A stretch of DNA of 24,199 bases from a virus (lineage: Duplodnaviria; Caudoviricetes), in the IMG/VR virus record IMGVR_UViG_3300021598_000365, positions 1 to 24,199 of that record. The stretch is one strand, 5' to 3'. Below are positions 15,567 through 24,032 of this stretch, in pieces (position 1 is the stretch's first letter; each line of letters starts with the position of its first letter). The notes beneath the pieces are model-generated. The model was not told the origin of the DNA and ran no database searches. It saw nothing but the letters and a program-made list of their open reading frames with translations. Position numbers and translations under genes: made by a program.

Positions 15567-15743
15567 TTAGCTCTCCTTAGTTTTACGCGCAACGGCGGCG
15601 TTGTCAACCAAATTCGGGAAGGGTCTTCCGGCAGCTTTTGCTCGCGCCTTCGCCTCCCGCTTCTGTGCAGGGGAGAGCTTTGTACGCTCCTTCTTGGGCA
15701 GCGGATTGTCTTTGCGCCAGAACACGGCTTTACGCTTAGGCAT
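15567..15743 (-). CDS. Small basic phage protein (58 aa, MPKRKAVFW...AKAAGRPFPNLVDN)
   Basis: ATG at 15743 lies just after the upstream stop; KLSP.QK..AKARAK.AGRP.PNLVDN pattern. Confidence 0.8.
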   Translation of the reverse strand: MPKRKAVFWRKDNPLPKKERTKLSPAQKREAKARAKAAGRPFPNLVDNAAVARKTKES

Positions 15744-15745
15744 GG

Positions 15746-17134
15746 TTAGACCTTGGAGATGGTGCAGATGATAGATGCCGTGGACGGGTGGACCGCCGTG
15801 GACGGCAGGAACTCCAGCGTCACATCCAGATCGCTCACGGCCCAGTACAACTGGAGGTAGTCGTTCGCGGCCAGTTCGACGTAGTAATTCCACCCCGGCA
15901 ACACATGGCCGTTGACCCCGCCGTGCCGCTCAGGGACGGACACCACGCCGTTCGACCCCGTGACGTAGGTGCTGTTCTTTGCCAGCCAGATGTTTACGTC
16001 ATGGATCTGCGTGTCGGAATTGGTGAACTGCCCCGACCACTGGAAGTTGTACACCCCCGCCTGACTGACCGTGATCTTGGAGTTGGTCAGCCCCGTATCA
16101 ATCGACACGCCATAGGCCGTATCAATCGTGTCGAACGTGATGAGCTTGGCCGTGTTGATTGAGGTGTGCGACTGGTCCGTAAAGTCTTGGAACGCGCCCC
16201 AGCGCCGTCCGCTCTGGCCCGTATCGCCAATGGTGATCCATGCGCCATTGACGTAGAAGTAGATCAGCCCCGTGTCCGTGCCGACGTACATCCCGCCGTT
16301 GGGCAGGACCGCAGGACGGAGCGCCAGCGTCCCAGACTGCACATGGATCAGCGAGTTGCCGTCATGCGCGGTGATGGCCGACCCCACCAGATTGTCATTG
16401 GCGCGGACGATATTGGCATCGACCGGCCCTTGCTGGTTGACCGGCGAGGGGAACGGATCGACCTTGTTGCGCCCGATCTGCGACTGCGTGTAGATGACAT
16501 CGGCGGTCTGGCCGGTCAGCGTATAGCTGCCATGCGCGGCGACCAGCAGCGGCCCCTTGCGGAGATCCGCTGTCTGCCCTGCTAGACTGAACGCGCCATA
16601 GCCTGCCGCCACCCGTCGAGCGGGGATCAGCCCAGCCGCTTCGCCCGTGAAGGTGAAGTGCCCCGTATCCGGCGCAAAGGCGTAGCCCTTGCCGAACGCC
16701 GTCGCTTGGCCGTCCAGCGTGAACGTGCCGTGGTCTGCCGTGACGAGGCGAGTGACAGGGAAGCCAGCGTCCTGTCCCGTCAGCGCAAACGTCCCGTGGT
16801 CCAAGGGGAACGTGCGGCTGCTGGTTAGCGTAGCGTCTTGGCCCGACAGCGTGAAGGTGCCGTGGACAGGGCTAAAGGCATAGCCCAGCCCGAAGGCCGT
16901 GGACTGCCCATCCAGCGTGTACGTCCCGTGGTCCGCGACAAGGCGAGCGCCCTTGAGGAACGTGACCGCCTCACCCGAGAGCGTGTACGACCCGTGCGCG
17001 GCAGACAGGCTGAACGAGGCGCTGGTGGCTGCATCCTGCCCACTCAGCGTAAATGTGCCCACGGCGGCGATGAGGACTCGCGCCACCCCCGTCGAGGAGA
17101 GTGGCGCACCGCTGATCGGGAACCCAGAAAGCAT
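15746..17134 (-). CDS. Fibre protein: nine 22-aa repeats + tail-anchor-like domain + C1q/TNF-like C-terminal domain (462 aa)
   Basis: G(T/S)(F/Y)TL.GQ repeats; C-terminal WGAF...ITFD...ITVSQAGVYNFQWS...VELAANDYLQLY jelly-roll pattern. Confidence 0.7.
   Translation of the reverse strand: MLSGFPISGAPLSSTGVARVLIAAVGTFTLSGQDAATSASFSLSAAHGSYTLSGEAVTFLKGARLVADHGTYTLDGQSTAFGLGYAFSPVHGTFTLSGQDATLTSSRTFPLDHGTFALTGQDAGFPVTRLVTADHGTFTLDGQATAFGKGYAFAPDTGHFTFTGEAAGLIPARRVAAGYGAFSLAGQTADLRKGPLLVAAHGSYTLTGQTADVIYTQSQIGRNKVDPFPSPVNQQGPVDANIVRANDNLVGSAITAHDGNSLIHVQSGTLALRPAVLPNGGMYVGTDTGLIYFYVNGAWITIGDTGQSGRRWGAFQDFTDQSHTSINTAKLITFDTIDTAYGVSIDTGLTNSKITVSQAGVYNFQWSGQFTNSDTQIHDVNIWLAKNSTYVTGSNGVVSVPERHGGVNGHVLPGWNYYVELAANDYLQLYWAVSDLDVTLEFLPSTAVHPSTASIICTISKV
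16490..17059 (-). repeat. 66-bp/22-aa period coding repeat, 8 full units + 1 partial
   Basis: Counted in the translation from aa 26 to 215; the period is strict, with no indels. Confidence 0.85.
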
Positions 17135-17145
17135 CGGCTAGTCCC

Positions 17146-17643
17146 TTAGCGGGGAGGAAGCGGCCACGCGGGAGGATGGAACGGATCGGTCACGCTGCCC
17201 ATGTAGTCCCGCAACTGCTGACGATAGACGCGCCATGCGGCCACCTGCTCCGGCGTCAGCGTCACATCGGGCAACTGCGTCCAGTCACAGGCCGTAAGCA
17301 GGGCGTTCTTCTTCCCGCGCAGTGCGTCAATACGCTGCTGCTTGACGGCTTCCATCTGCTCAGGCGTGTACGGCGTCAGGATATAGGTGTTCGTGTAGGC
17401 GTCCTCCGTCGCGTCCCAGACGATTGGTCCGTCCGCGCAGTTCTCAAACTGCGGGATCGGTGGCTGGTTCGTGTGCTTGAACACCTTGAAGCCGTAGTCC
17501 ACCAAAAACGAATTGTCTGGCAGCTCAGGGAACGAAGTCTGCGGGTGGATCAGTCGGAAGTTGCTGTAGGTAATCGGGAAGCCTTCGGCGTGGCCGTCCA
17601 CTTCCTTGATGACCAGCAGATCGGAATCAGAGAGAATGTTCAT
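17146..17643 (-). CDS. Tail fibre assembly chaperone-type protein (165 aa)
   Basis: C-terminal LR.KKNALL..CDWTQLPD...W..YRQ.LRD...WP.PP motif. Confidence 0.85.
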   Translation of the reverse strand: MNILSDSDLLVIKEVDGHAEGFPITYSNFRLIHPQTSFPELPDNSFLVDYGFKVFKHTNQPPIPQFENCADGPIVWDATEDAYTNTYILTPYTPEQMEAVKQQRIDALRGKKNALLTACDWTQLPDVTLTPEQVAAWRVYRQQLRDYMGSVTDPFHPPAWPLPPR

Positions 17644-17646
17644 CGG

Positions 17647-18603
17647 TTATACGTCCGCTGCGTTAGAAGGATAGGATCGACCAGCTCCCCACATGATACG
17701 AACTGCGCCGTTGCCGCCACTTCTGTCATAATCCAGTTGCAAAAGTGTGCCACCTGAATCACCCGGTGGGTCCCATTTCCACCCGTAAACCCACGATGCG
17801 GCCCCGCCGCCATAGGCTCCACCAGTACCATCGCTTCCACCGACCCCGCCAGACCCACCATTGCCACCAGAGCCGGTGCTGTCGTTGTACACGCCACCAG
17901 CCCCACCAGAGCCAGAACTCCCAGTGCCCTTTATGCCAGTTCCTCCGCCAGCGCCGCCACCGTTGGAGTAATACTCCTCAAAGTATTGCGTACTATTAAA
18001 TACCCCTGCCCCACCACCACCTCCTCCACCACCACCGCCAGAGCCGCTTCCGCCAGCAGAACCACTGTCAGTGGTATTGCCGCTATTGTTGTTACCGCCA
18101 GCACCACCAGCGCCACTGTACCCGCCAGCGCCGCCTCCGCCGCCGCCACCGTTGCCAGTACCACTACCAGAGCCGCTATACCCAACATTGGATGTGCCGC
18201 CAGCGCCACCAGAGCCGCCAGTCCCATAGGTGACAGAGCCGCCAGCTCCGCCGTTAAATCCAGACTGCCCACCAGACGCAGCGCAGGATGTGGTGTTGAA
18301 ACTTGACGCGCCGCCATTGACTGTGCCACTTGATCCAGCACCAACGATCACGGTAATGCTCGCCCCCGGCGTAACGCTAATGGCATTGGCGTAGGCCAGA
18401 CCACCGCCCCCGCCACCTTTGCATTGCGCTTGCGACACAGTGCTATCGGAGCGCGAGATTGCCCCGCCGCCGCCACCAATGCAACAGACATCAACGCTCG
18501 TCACGCCAGCGGGAACGGTAAACGTGTACGTCCCCGGCGTGGTGTACAACTGCTGCCCAGCTACGGCAGCTTTGTTGGTCATCCGTAGTCGATCTGCCAG
18601 CAT
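17647..18603 (-). CDS. Glycine-rich fibre tip/adhesin protein (318 aa)
   Basis: YTTPGTYTFTVPAGVTSV.V.CIGGGGG ... GG.GAVRI.W framing motifs with many polyglycine tracts. Confidence 0.8.
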   Translation of the reverse strand: MLADRLRMTNKAAVAGQQLYTTPGTYTFTVPAGVTSVDVCCIGGGGGAISRSDSTVSQAQCKGGGGGGLAYANAISVTPGASITVIVGAGSSGTVNGGASSFNTTSCAASGGQSGFNGGAGGSVTYGTGGSGGAGGTSNVGYSGSGSGTGNGGGGGGGAGGYSGAGGAGGNNNSGNTTDSGSAGGSGSGGGGGGGGGGAGVFNSTQYFEEYYSNGGGAGGGTGIKGTGSSGSGGAGGVYNDSTGSGGNGGSGGVGGSDGTGGAYGGGAASWVYGWKWDPPGDSGGTLLQLDYDRSGGNGAVRIMWGAGRSYPSNAADV

Positions 18604-18604
18604 C

Positions 18605-19531
18605 TTAGGTCGTCACGAAGTTTTGGGCAGCGGTCATGGCGTACCATGTCGTACCCGCGTTGTTGGTGTAGAACACGAACATATCAGAGCGCCCGTTCGT
18701 GGTCGTGATCGTCGGAGCAGTCCCACCCGGCCACTTCACCGCCGCAGGCCATGTGATCGTGTAGCTCGTGCCGTTGGCGTCAAAGATCAGCGTGAAGCTA
18801 CAGGCGTTGCCGCTGGCGGCTGGATTGCTAATCGTCAGCGTCGAGATGTTCGCATTGCGCGTCACACGGAACACGTTGCCGTTTTCCAAGTTCAGCGTCA
18901 GCGTGTTGCTGCTAATCGCTGGCGTGGTGTACGTCTCGGCGTAGTCCGTAAAGCGCGGACGGCTGATGACGTTATCCGCCATCGACACCGTACCGCCCAA
19001 CGTCAGCGCCGTAAGGGTGCCCACGCTGGTCAGCGAGGACGCCGTAACACCACTGGCAAGCGTTGCGCCCGTTAGTGTGCCAGCCGCCGCTGCCACCGTC
19101 CCGCTTGCGCCAAGGGCAATCGCGGTGCCGTTGACCGTCACGCTGCTATTGGTCAGCGCAGCGTTGCCAATGTTGGACAGCGTGTTGCTGGCCCCGCTGA
19201 TCGTCTTGTTCGTCAGCGTGACGGCATCGACCGTCGTGACGGCACGATCCGCGACATAGGAACAGAAGACATCCTTAGTCCCCGCCGAGAACACCACCTT
19301 GGCGTCTGCGTTGGAGGACTGCAACACGGTGTCCCGTGAAAGCGTCCCTGCGCCGGTCGTGCCGATCCCGACCTCCCACTCACTCCCGCCAGCAATGACG
19401 TAATAGACCGATACGCCATTGCCGAACGCGGTCGTGAACGACTGGAAGCCTGTGGCTGCGCCGTCAAGCGTCAGCGTTCCGGTGCCAGTGGTTGTCGTAC
19501 TTTCTTTGACGCGATCTGCTAATGCTGGCAT
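18605..19531 (-). CDS. Fibre protein (308 aa, LADRVKESTTTTGTG N-terminal type)
   Basis: LADRVKE.TTTTGTG and EWEVGIG N-domain; TLTNKTI shaft motif; C-terminal ITWP..VKWPGGTAP domain. Confidence 0.8.
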   Translation of the reverse strand: MPALADRVKESTTTTGTGTLTLDGAATGFQSFTTAFGNGVSVYYVIAGGSEWEVGIGTTGAGTLSRDTVLQSSNADAKVVFSAGTKDVFCSYVADRAVTTVDAVTLTNKTISGASNTLSNIGNAALTNSSVTVNGTAIALGASGTVAAAAGTLTGATLASGVTASSLTSVGTLTALTLGGTVSMADNVISRPRFTDYAETYTTPAISSNTLTLNLENGNVFRVTRNANISTLTISNPAASGNACSFTLIFDANGTSYTITWPAAVKWPGGTAPTITTTNGRSDMFVFYTNNAGTTWYAMTAAQNFVTT

Positions 19532-19556
19532 AAGGCGGTCCTGTCAGAGAGAGAAC

Positions 19557-19973
19557 TTAGGACAACTGGAGGATGCCGTTCGTGGCGTCAAAGTCCACCG
19601 TGAAGGTATCGCCCGAAGCCAGCGTCACGCTCGACCCGTAATCCCACCAGCCAATAAGGTCCTGGTTGGTTGCCGTGCTGTTGTAGAAAACGGCGTAACG
19701 AAGCGGACCCACCGCACCCGTGGCCGTGAACACCACATCGTTGCCGACCAGCTTGTACAAGCCGCTCGACTGCGCCGACGAGGTGATGGTGACGGTCGCG
19801 CCACCAGCGGTGTAGCCGTTGCCCGCCGAGATCTCCGTGATGTCCGCCTTCACGCTATTGGCCGACGACGGCGCGGTGTTGGTCAACATGATCTTGAGCG
19901 TGTCGGAGCCGAGGTTGTGCTTCTTTTCCGCGACCGCTTCGACGAAGGCGTTGAACTTGTTAAACGAAGCCAT
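19557..19973 (-). CDS. Small beta-rich virion fibre subunit (138 aa)
   Basis: DTLKIML, EIS.GNGYTAGG, RYAVFYN, LIGWWDYG and GDTFTV motifs of a common minor structural family. Confidence 0.75.
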   Translation of the reverse strand: MASFNKFNAFVEAVAEKKHNLGSDTLKIMLTNTAPSSANSVKADITEISAGNGYTAGGATVTITSSAQSSGLYKLVGNDVVFTATGAVGPLRYAVFYNSTATNQDLIGWWDYGSSVTLASGDTFTVDFDATNGILQLS

Positions 19974-19990
19974 AGGTCATCTCTCAGTGG

Positions 19991-20854
19991 TTACAAGTTT
20001 TGTCCAGCAACGAAGCCGTACCATGTCGTCCCTGCGTCCATCGTCACGAACACCAGCACATCCACCTTGTTGTTGGTGGATGTCAGCGTCGGGGCCGTCC
20101 CACCGGGCCACTTGACTGCCGCGCCCCATGTGATCGTCCGGGCCGTGCCGTCCGCTTGCAGCTTGAGCGTGAACGATCCTGCCGTCCCGCTGGCCGGAGG
20201 ATTGCTAATCGTCAGCGTGGTCACGTTGGCGTTCAGCGACACCTCAAAGACATTGCCGTTCTCCAAGTTCAACGTCAAGGTGCCGGTGGAGATGGTCGGC
20301 GCGGTGCGGGTTTCCCCGTAGTCTCGGAGGGTCGGGCGCTGCAAGGTGTTGTCCTGCAAGTTCGCCGTGCCGCCCAGCGTGAGGCCCGTCAGCGTCCCCA
20401 CGGTGGTCAGCGAGGAGGTGACGACATTGGAGGCCAGCGTGGTCCCCGTCAGCGTCCCTGCCGCCCCAGCGGGGATGTTGGTCAGGTTCGCACCACTGAC
20501 CGCTGGCAGGACCGAGGGGAACCGTGCGTCGGGCACCGTCCCGCTGCTCAGGTTGCTGGCGTTCAGGTTTGACGAGCTATTGAGATAGCTGATCTCCTCC
20601 CACGCCGAGCCGGTGTCAAACCAGAGCTTGACCGACCCCGTATCGGTCGTGAGCCACTTGCGCCCCGCCGACCCTGCCACGGGGCGAGTAGCCAGCGTGG
20701 AGGACTGGAGGTGGATGCCGCCGTCGTTGTCGTGATCGACGTAGGCGCTGCGTACTGTATTGTCGTTGGCCTTGACCACCGTGGCGTTGAGCGGGTCGCC
20801 GTTCGATGGGTTGGTAAAGGCGGCAACGCCGTGTTGCCCAACCGTTTGTCCCAT
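19991..20854 (-). CDS. Tail fibre/adaptor protein (287 aa)
   Basis: Directly follows the nozzle gene. Contains the LNASNLSSGTVPDAR shaft motif, and its C-terminal domain is paralogous to 18605-19531. Confidence 0.75.
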   Translation of the reverse strand: MGQTVGQHGVAAFTNPSNGDPLNATVVKANDNTVRSAYVDHDNDGGIHLQSSTLATRPVAGSAGRKWLTTDTGSVKLWFDTGSAWEEISYLNSSSNLNASNLSSGTVPDARFPSVLPAVSGANLTNIPAGAAGTLTGTTLASNVVTSSLTTVGTLTGLTLGGTANLQDNTLQRPTLRDYGETRTAPTISTGTLTLNLENGNVFEVSLNANVTTLTISNPPASGTAGSFTLKLQADGTARTITWGAAVKWPGGTAPTLTSTNNKVDVLVFVTMDAGTTWYGFVAGQNL

Positions 20855-22389
20855 TAGCGCCTCCCCAGCGCAAAGGTTTCCAACTGGAACCGACTAAAGA
20901 TCGGCGCAGCGGTGCCCGAGTCGATGATGTACATATCGACATAATAGCCCGTTCCGCCCATAGGAATACGATAGTTGCGGCTGCTGGCCCCGCCCCACGT
21001 TCCTGACCCCCACGTTCCTGCGCCCCAGATACCGGCGCTCGAAAAGTCGGTCGGCAGGGTGTAGGCTCCCGCGTCCGTTTCCGTACTCCATGTGACGCTG
21101 GTGGACAGCGACCCCTTGAGCTGGGCGGTGAGGTAGCCCCAGCGCAGCGACTTGGCGAGCGCATCATCGCCGCAGTAGAGGCGGTGCATCTGCGCCGTCA
21201 GCGTGTAGGTGGTGCCGCCCGTCCCGTCCGCCAACTGGTTGTCCACGAACACCCCGCTGGCATCGCAGACCGTCACATACCCGTCCGCATCGCCCTTGAG
21301 GGTGGCGGGGAGGCCGTTGGAGTCCACCGAGTCGAACAGGGCGGTCGTGGAGGGCGAGACATAGCCCGTATCCCACGGGCCGGTCCACGCTTGCAGGATC
21401 GTGTGGTACGCGAACACGCCGTAGTTCGGGAAGCTAATCAGCAGCTCGCGGGTGGCCCGATTGAACGTGGCGCGGATGTTGGCAAAGTCGCTGGCCGACA
21501 GGCTGCGGATAATTGCCAGCGTCGGGTCTGGCGTATCGACCGTGCCGACCGGAGCCACCTCCGCCTCGTTGCAGCGGAACAACCCGCGCTCCGAGATGAA
21601 GAAGCCAAGGTTGCCGATGCTGACGATGGACTTGGGCGCGATGGTTCCGACATCTGCCGTCAAGCCTTGCGGGGCCACGTTGATGTCGTCCTGCCCGTAG
21701 CCCGTCAAGCGCGAGATACCGCGCCGGTGGAAGATCAAGAGCGAGGTATTGATTGACGCGAGGCCGACCACGGTTTCGTCGGAGAACGTGCGGACAATGA
21801 TCTGCCCACCGCCTGACGCGCCCACGCCCAACGTATCACCGTTGTTCAGCGCCGAGTAGAAGATCGAATCGGGGAAGGTGCTGTTGCCGCACCCCCATAG
21901 CCGCTCGTTATGCACGACGATGGTTTCCACCGCAATCGTGCCAGCGAGGTTGGTGTTGAGCGCACTGCCCGTCCAGACGTTGAGCGTCCCGCCGTCTGCG
22001 ATATAGACCACATCGGCGCTGCCATTCTGGAACTGGGCAAACGAGGGCGGGACCGTCGTGGACAGGCTTCCAGACTGCGCAACCCATGTCCACGGGTAGG
22101 TGGCGCTGAACGTGGAGGTGTAGAGCGTCCCGTTGCAGACCGCCATCAACTGCTGCGTCCCGCCGTCCTTGCGCCATGTGTAGCCGTTCAGCACGGCGGC
22201 ACTGGCAAGGGGACTCGTCGAGGTCCGCTTGGTGCCCCCGCGCTTCGTGATCGCCCCGTAGTCCGTCAGCCGCGCATTGTCAGCCCGACGCAACTGGTTC
22301 GGGAGCAGCGCGGCGTCATCGGACACATTGTTCAACCCCCCGTCAAACTTGGGTTGCTGGTCAACGACCTTCTCGCGCCCCGCCGCCAT
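20854..22389 (-). CDS. Tail nozzle/tubular protein B-like (P22 gp10/T7 gp12 analogue, 511 aa)
   Basis: FDGGLN, ADNA...GAITKRGG, HNERLW...IFYS, GTIAPKSI and FFISERG beta-propeller-type motifs; position after the adaptor. Confidence 0.75.
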   Translation of the reverse strand: MAAGREKVVDQQPKFDGGLNNVSDDAALLPNQLRRADNARLTDYGAITKRGGTKRTSTSPLASAAVLNGYTWRKDGGTQQLMAVCNGTLYTSTFSATYPWTWVAQSGSLSTTVPPSFAQFQNGSADVVYIADGGTLNVWTGSALNTNLAGTIAVETIVVHNERLWGCGNSTFPDSIFYSALNNGDTLGVGASGGGQIIVRTFSDETVVGLASINTSLLIFHRRGISRLTGYGQDDINVAPQGLTADVGTIAPKSIVSIGNLGFFISERGLFRCNEAEVAPVGTVDTPDPTLAIIRSLSASDFANIRATFNRATRELLISFPNYGVFAYHTILQAWTGPWDTGYVSPSTTALFDSVDSNGLPATLKGDADGYVTVCDASGVFVDNQLADGTGGTTYTLTAQMHRLYCGDDALAKSLRWGYLTAQLKGSLSTSVTWSTETDAGAYTLPTDFSSAGIWGAGTWGSGTWGGASSRNYRIPMGGTGYYVDMYIIDSGTAAPIFSRFQLETFALGRR

Positions 22390-23075
22390 TAGCCGCCGCT
22401 CCAGTCATACTTCTGGTCGGGGTAGGCCATGCGCGTCGGGTTGATCGTGTAGCGGCGAATGTCGTCCAGCAGCGTCTTGCGGTCGTCATCGGCCAGCGCC
22501 TTGAGGTTCGCTGCCGCTGCCGCTTCCGTGCCGCCCTTGAGGAGCAACTGCGCCGCCGCGTTCCAGACAAGAATGAGGTGGCAGTTGTCGGGGTAATCCA
22601 CGACCGACGTATCGCTGGCAAGATCCAGCAGCGCGGTCGGCTTGTAGTTCACCCCGACGTACAGCCCCGTGCCAGAGGCGACAGGAAGGATCTGGACCCC
22701 CTGCCCGATGATGTAGTACAGGCGCGGGTAGGTCGGCAGATAGTTCGTCGTCGTCGCCAGCGGCACATCTTGGAATCGCGTCTGGTCGTACAGCACGTTG
22801 CCGTCGCTGACCGACATGACGCGATAGAAGTTCTGCTGCGTGTCGCCCGACCCTGCGTTGAGGGAGGCAAACGTAAACTGGCCGTTCACATCCGTCGTCA
22901 CCTGCCGCAACCCGAAGGTGTAGTACGGCGCAGCGTTCAGGATGTTCGACCACTCGTTGTCAAACACGTTGTTGAGTACCGTCTTGATCGTGTTATCCGA
23001 CCAGCGCGTAGATCCCACCGCGTCCATGTACTCGCGTGTGTCCGTGACAAGTTGCTGGAGGGTAACTGATGGCAT
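22389..23075 (-). CDS. Head-tail adaptor/tail tubular protein A-like (228 aa)
   Basis: TLQQL...R...D...WSD..I...LN N-terminus, P..YY...I.PV, P...HLILV..AA; position in the operon. Confidence 0.7.
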   Translation of the reverse strand: MPSVTLQQLVTDTREYMDAVGSTRWSDNTIKTVLNNVFDNEWSNILNAAPYYTFGLRQVTTDVNGQFTFASLNAGSGDTQQNFYRVMSVSDGNVLYDQTRFQDVPLATTTNYLPTYPRLYYIIGQGVQILPVASGTGLYVGVNYKPTALLDLASDTSVVDYPDNCHLILVWNAAAQLLLKGGTEAAAAANLKALADDDRKTLLDDIRRYTINPTRMAYPDQKYDWSGG

Positions 23076-23084
23076 GACAGTCTC

Positions 23085-23522
23085 TTAGGAGTTCTTGCGG
23101 GGGCGACCACGACCGCGCTTGGCGGTGCCAGACGGGTCTGCGCCATCCAACACTTCGGCAATCGCCGCTTCCACCGCCGCCTGTGCTGGCTGCGCGTTGA
23201 AGGCGTCGAGCGCATCAAGCATCCGGTTTACATCGGTGCGAGGGAACTCGCGGAACATCTTGGACAAATACCCCGGCGCAGAGTCGGGGGGACAGTCCAT
23301 CGGCAGGTAGCCAATGATGTCATACGCTTGGGCGGGACTGTAGGACTCGTTCTGAATCCACTGCCGCCGCGTATCGTCGTCCGTCCATGTCAGGCACACA
23401 CCCCATGCGCCTTGGACGAATCGGAGATGGAGGCCCGAATGGATCTCCCGAAGCCGCCGCTCAATCGTGGGCGACGGCTCAGGAGAGCCAAGGGCGTTCA
23501 AGAGAACGACCGGAGATGTCAC
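23085..23522 (-). CDS. Hypothetical late protein with C-terminal AT-hook-like motif (145 aa)
   Basis: GTG start overlaps the upstream stop; ends in KRGRGRPRKNS. Confidence 0.7.
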   Translation of the reverse strand: MTSPVVLLNALGSPEPSPTIERRLREIHSGLHLRFVQGAWGVCLTWTDDDTRRQWIQNESYSPAQAYDIIGYLPMDCPPDSAPGYLSKMFREFPRTDVNRMLDALDAFNAQPAQAAVEAAIAEVLDGADPSGTAKRGRGRPRKNS

Positions 23523-23962
23523 TAGCCCTGCACCAGCAGCTCGACGTTGACCTGCAAATCCACTGCCGCCGTCGTCACGGTGTTGTTCGTCGTCACGACA
23601 AAGCGCACCGTATCGCCAACGTCCAGCGTCTTCTGCGCGTCCGTCAGCGTGGTGAGCAGCGTCACCGCCGTTCCTTCGTGCGCGACCAGCGCCTCCAGAT
23701 CGACGTTGCCCGTCAGCGCCACCGCTGCGTCAGCCGACGCATCGTACTTCTGCAACACGCCAAGAATCGTCCCGCTCGTCGAAGCCGGAACCGTGCCAGC
23801 AGACACGACGGCGCGGTTGATGAGGCATACCGCAGGATGACCACCAAAGCTGTAGGTGGTCGTGGTGTTGTTGCCAATGGCCGCATCGCAGCGACCAGCC
23901 AGCAGGTTGGGGAACACCCCAAACCGACCCGGCAACGGCGCAAAGATATTGCCTACGCTCAT
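23522..23962 (-). CDS. Putative capsid decoration/cement protein (146 aa)
   Basis: Immediately after the capsid gene; beta-rich, Thr/Ala/Val-rich; SD GGAG before ATG 23962. Function is inferred from position. Confidence 0.5.
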   Translation of the reverse strand: MSVGNIFAPLPGRFGVFPNLLAGRCDAAIGNNTTTTYSFGGHPAVCLINRAVVSAGTVPASTSGTILGVLQKYDASADAAVALTGNVDLEALVAHEGTAVTLLTTLTDAQKTLDVGDTVRFVVTTNNTVTTAAVDLQVNVELLVQG

Positions 23963-23987
23963 GTAAGTCTCCGATGGGATCAAGGGC

Positions 23988-24029
23988 ATGGATGGGGAGC
24001 GACCCAGAGTGAGCCGCCCCCCGATCCAT
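23988..24029 (-). other. Long RNA hairpin directly after the capsid stop codon
   Basis: On the - strand: ATGGAT(C)GGGGGGCGGCTCA-CTC-TGGGTCGCTCCCCATCCAT, about 19 bp including G-U pairs. No poly-U tail. Confidence 0.7.
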
Positions 24030-24032
24030 TAC

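Noticed and set aside
15579-15607. Minus-strand internal promoter TTGACA...TAAAACT
   Set aside because: The -10 match is poor at both 16- and 17-bp spacing, and the start site would cut into the downstream SD. Other TTGACA hits (1494, 11252 and minus-strand ones) also lack a -10.
18605-20300. Diversity-generating retroelement TR/VR pair in the similar fibre C-termini
   Set aside because: Differences are spread over all bases and are largely synonymous, not adenine-specific. Both copies are coding, and no reverse transcriptase is in the window.
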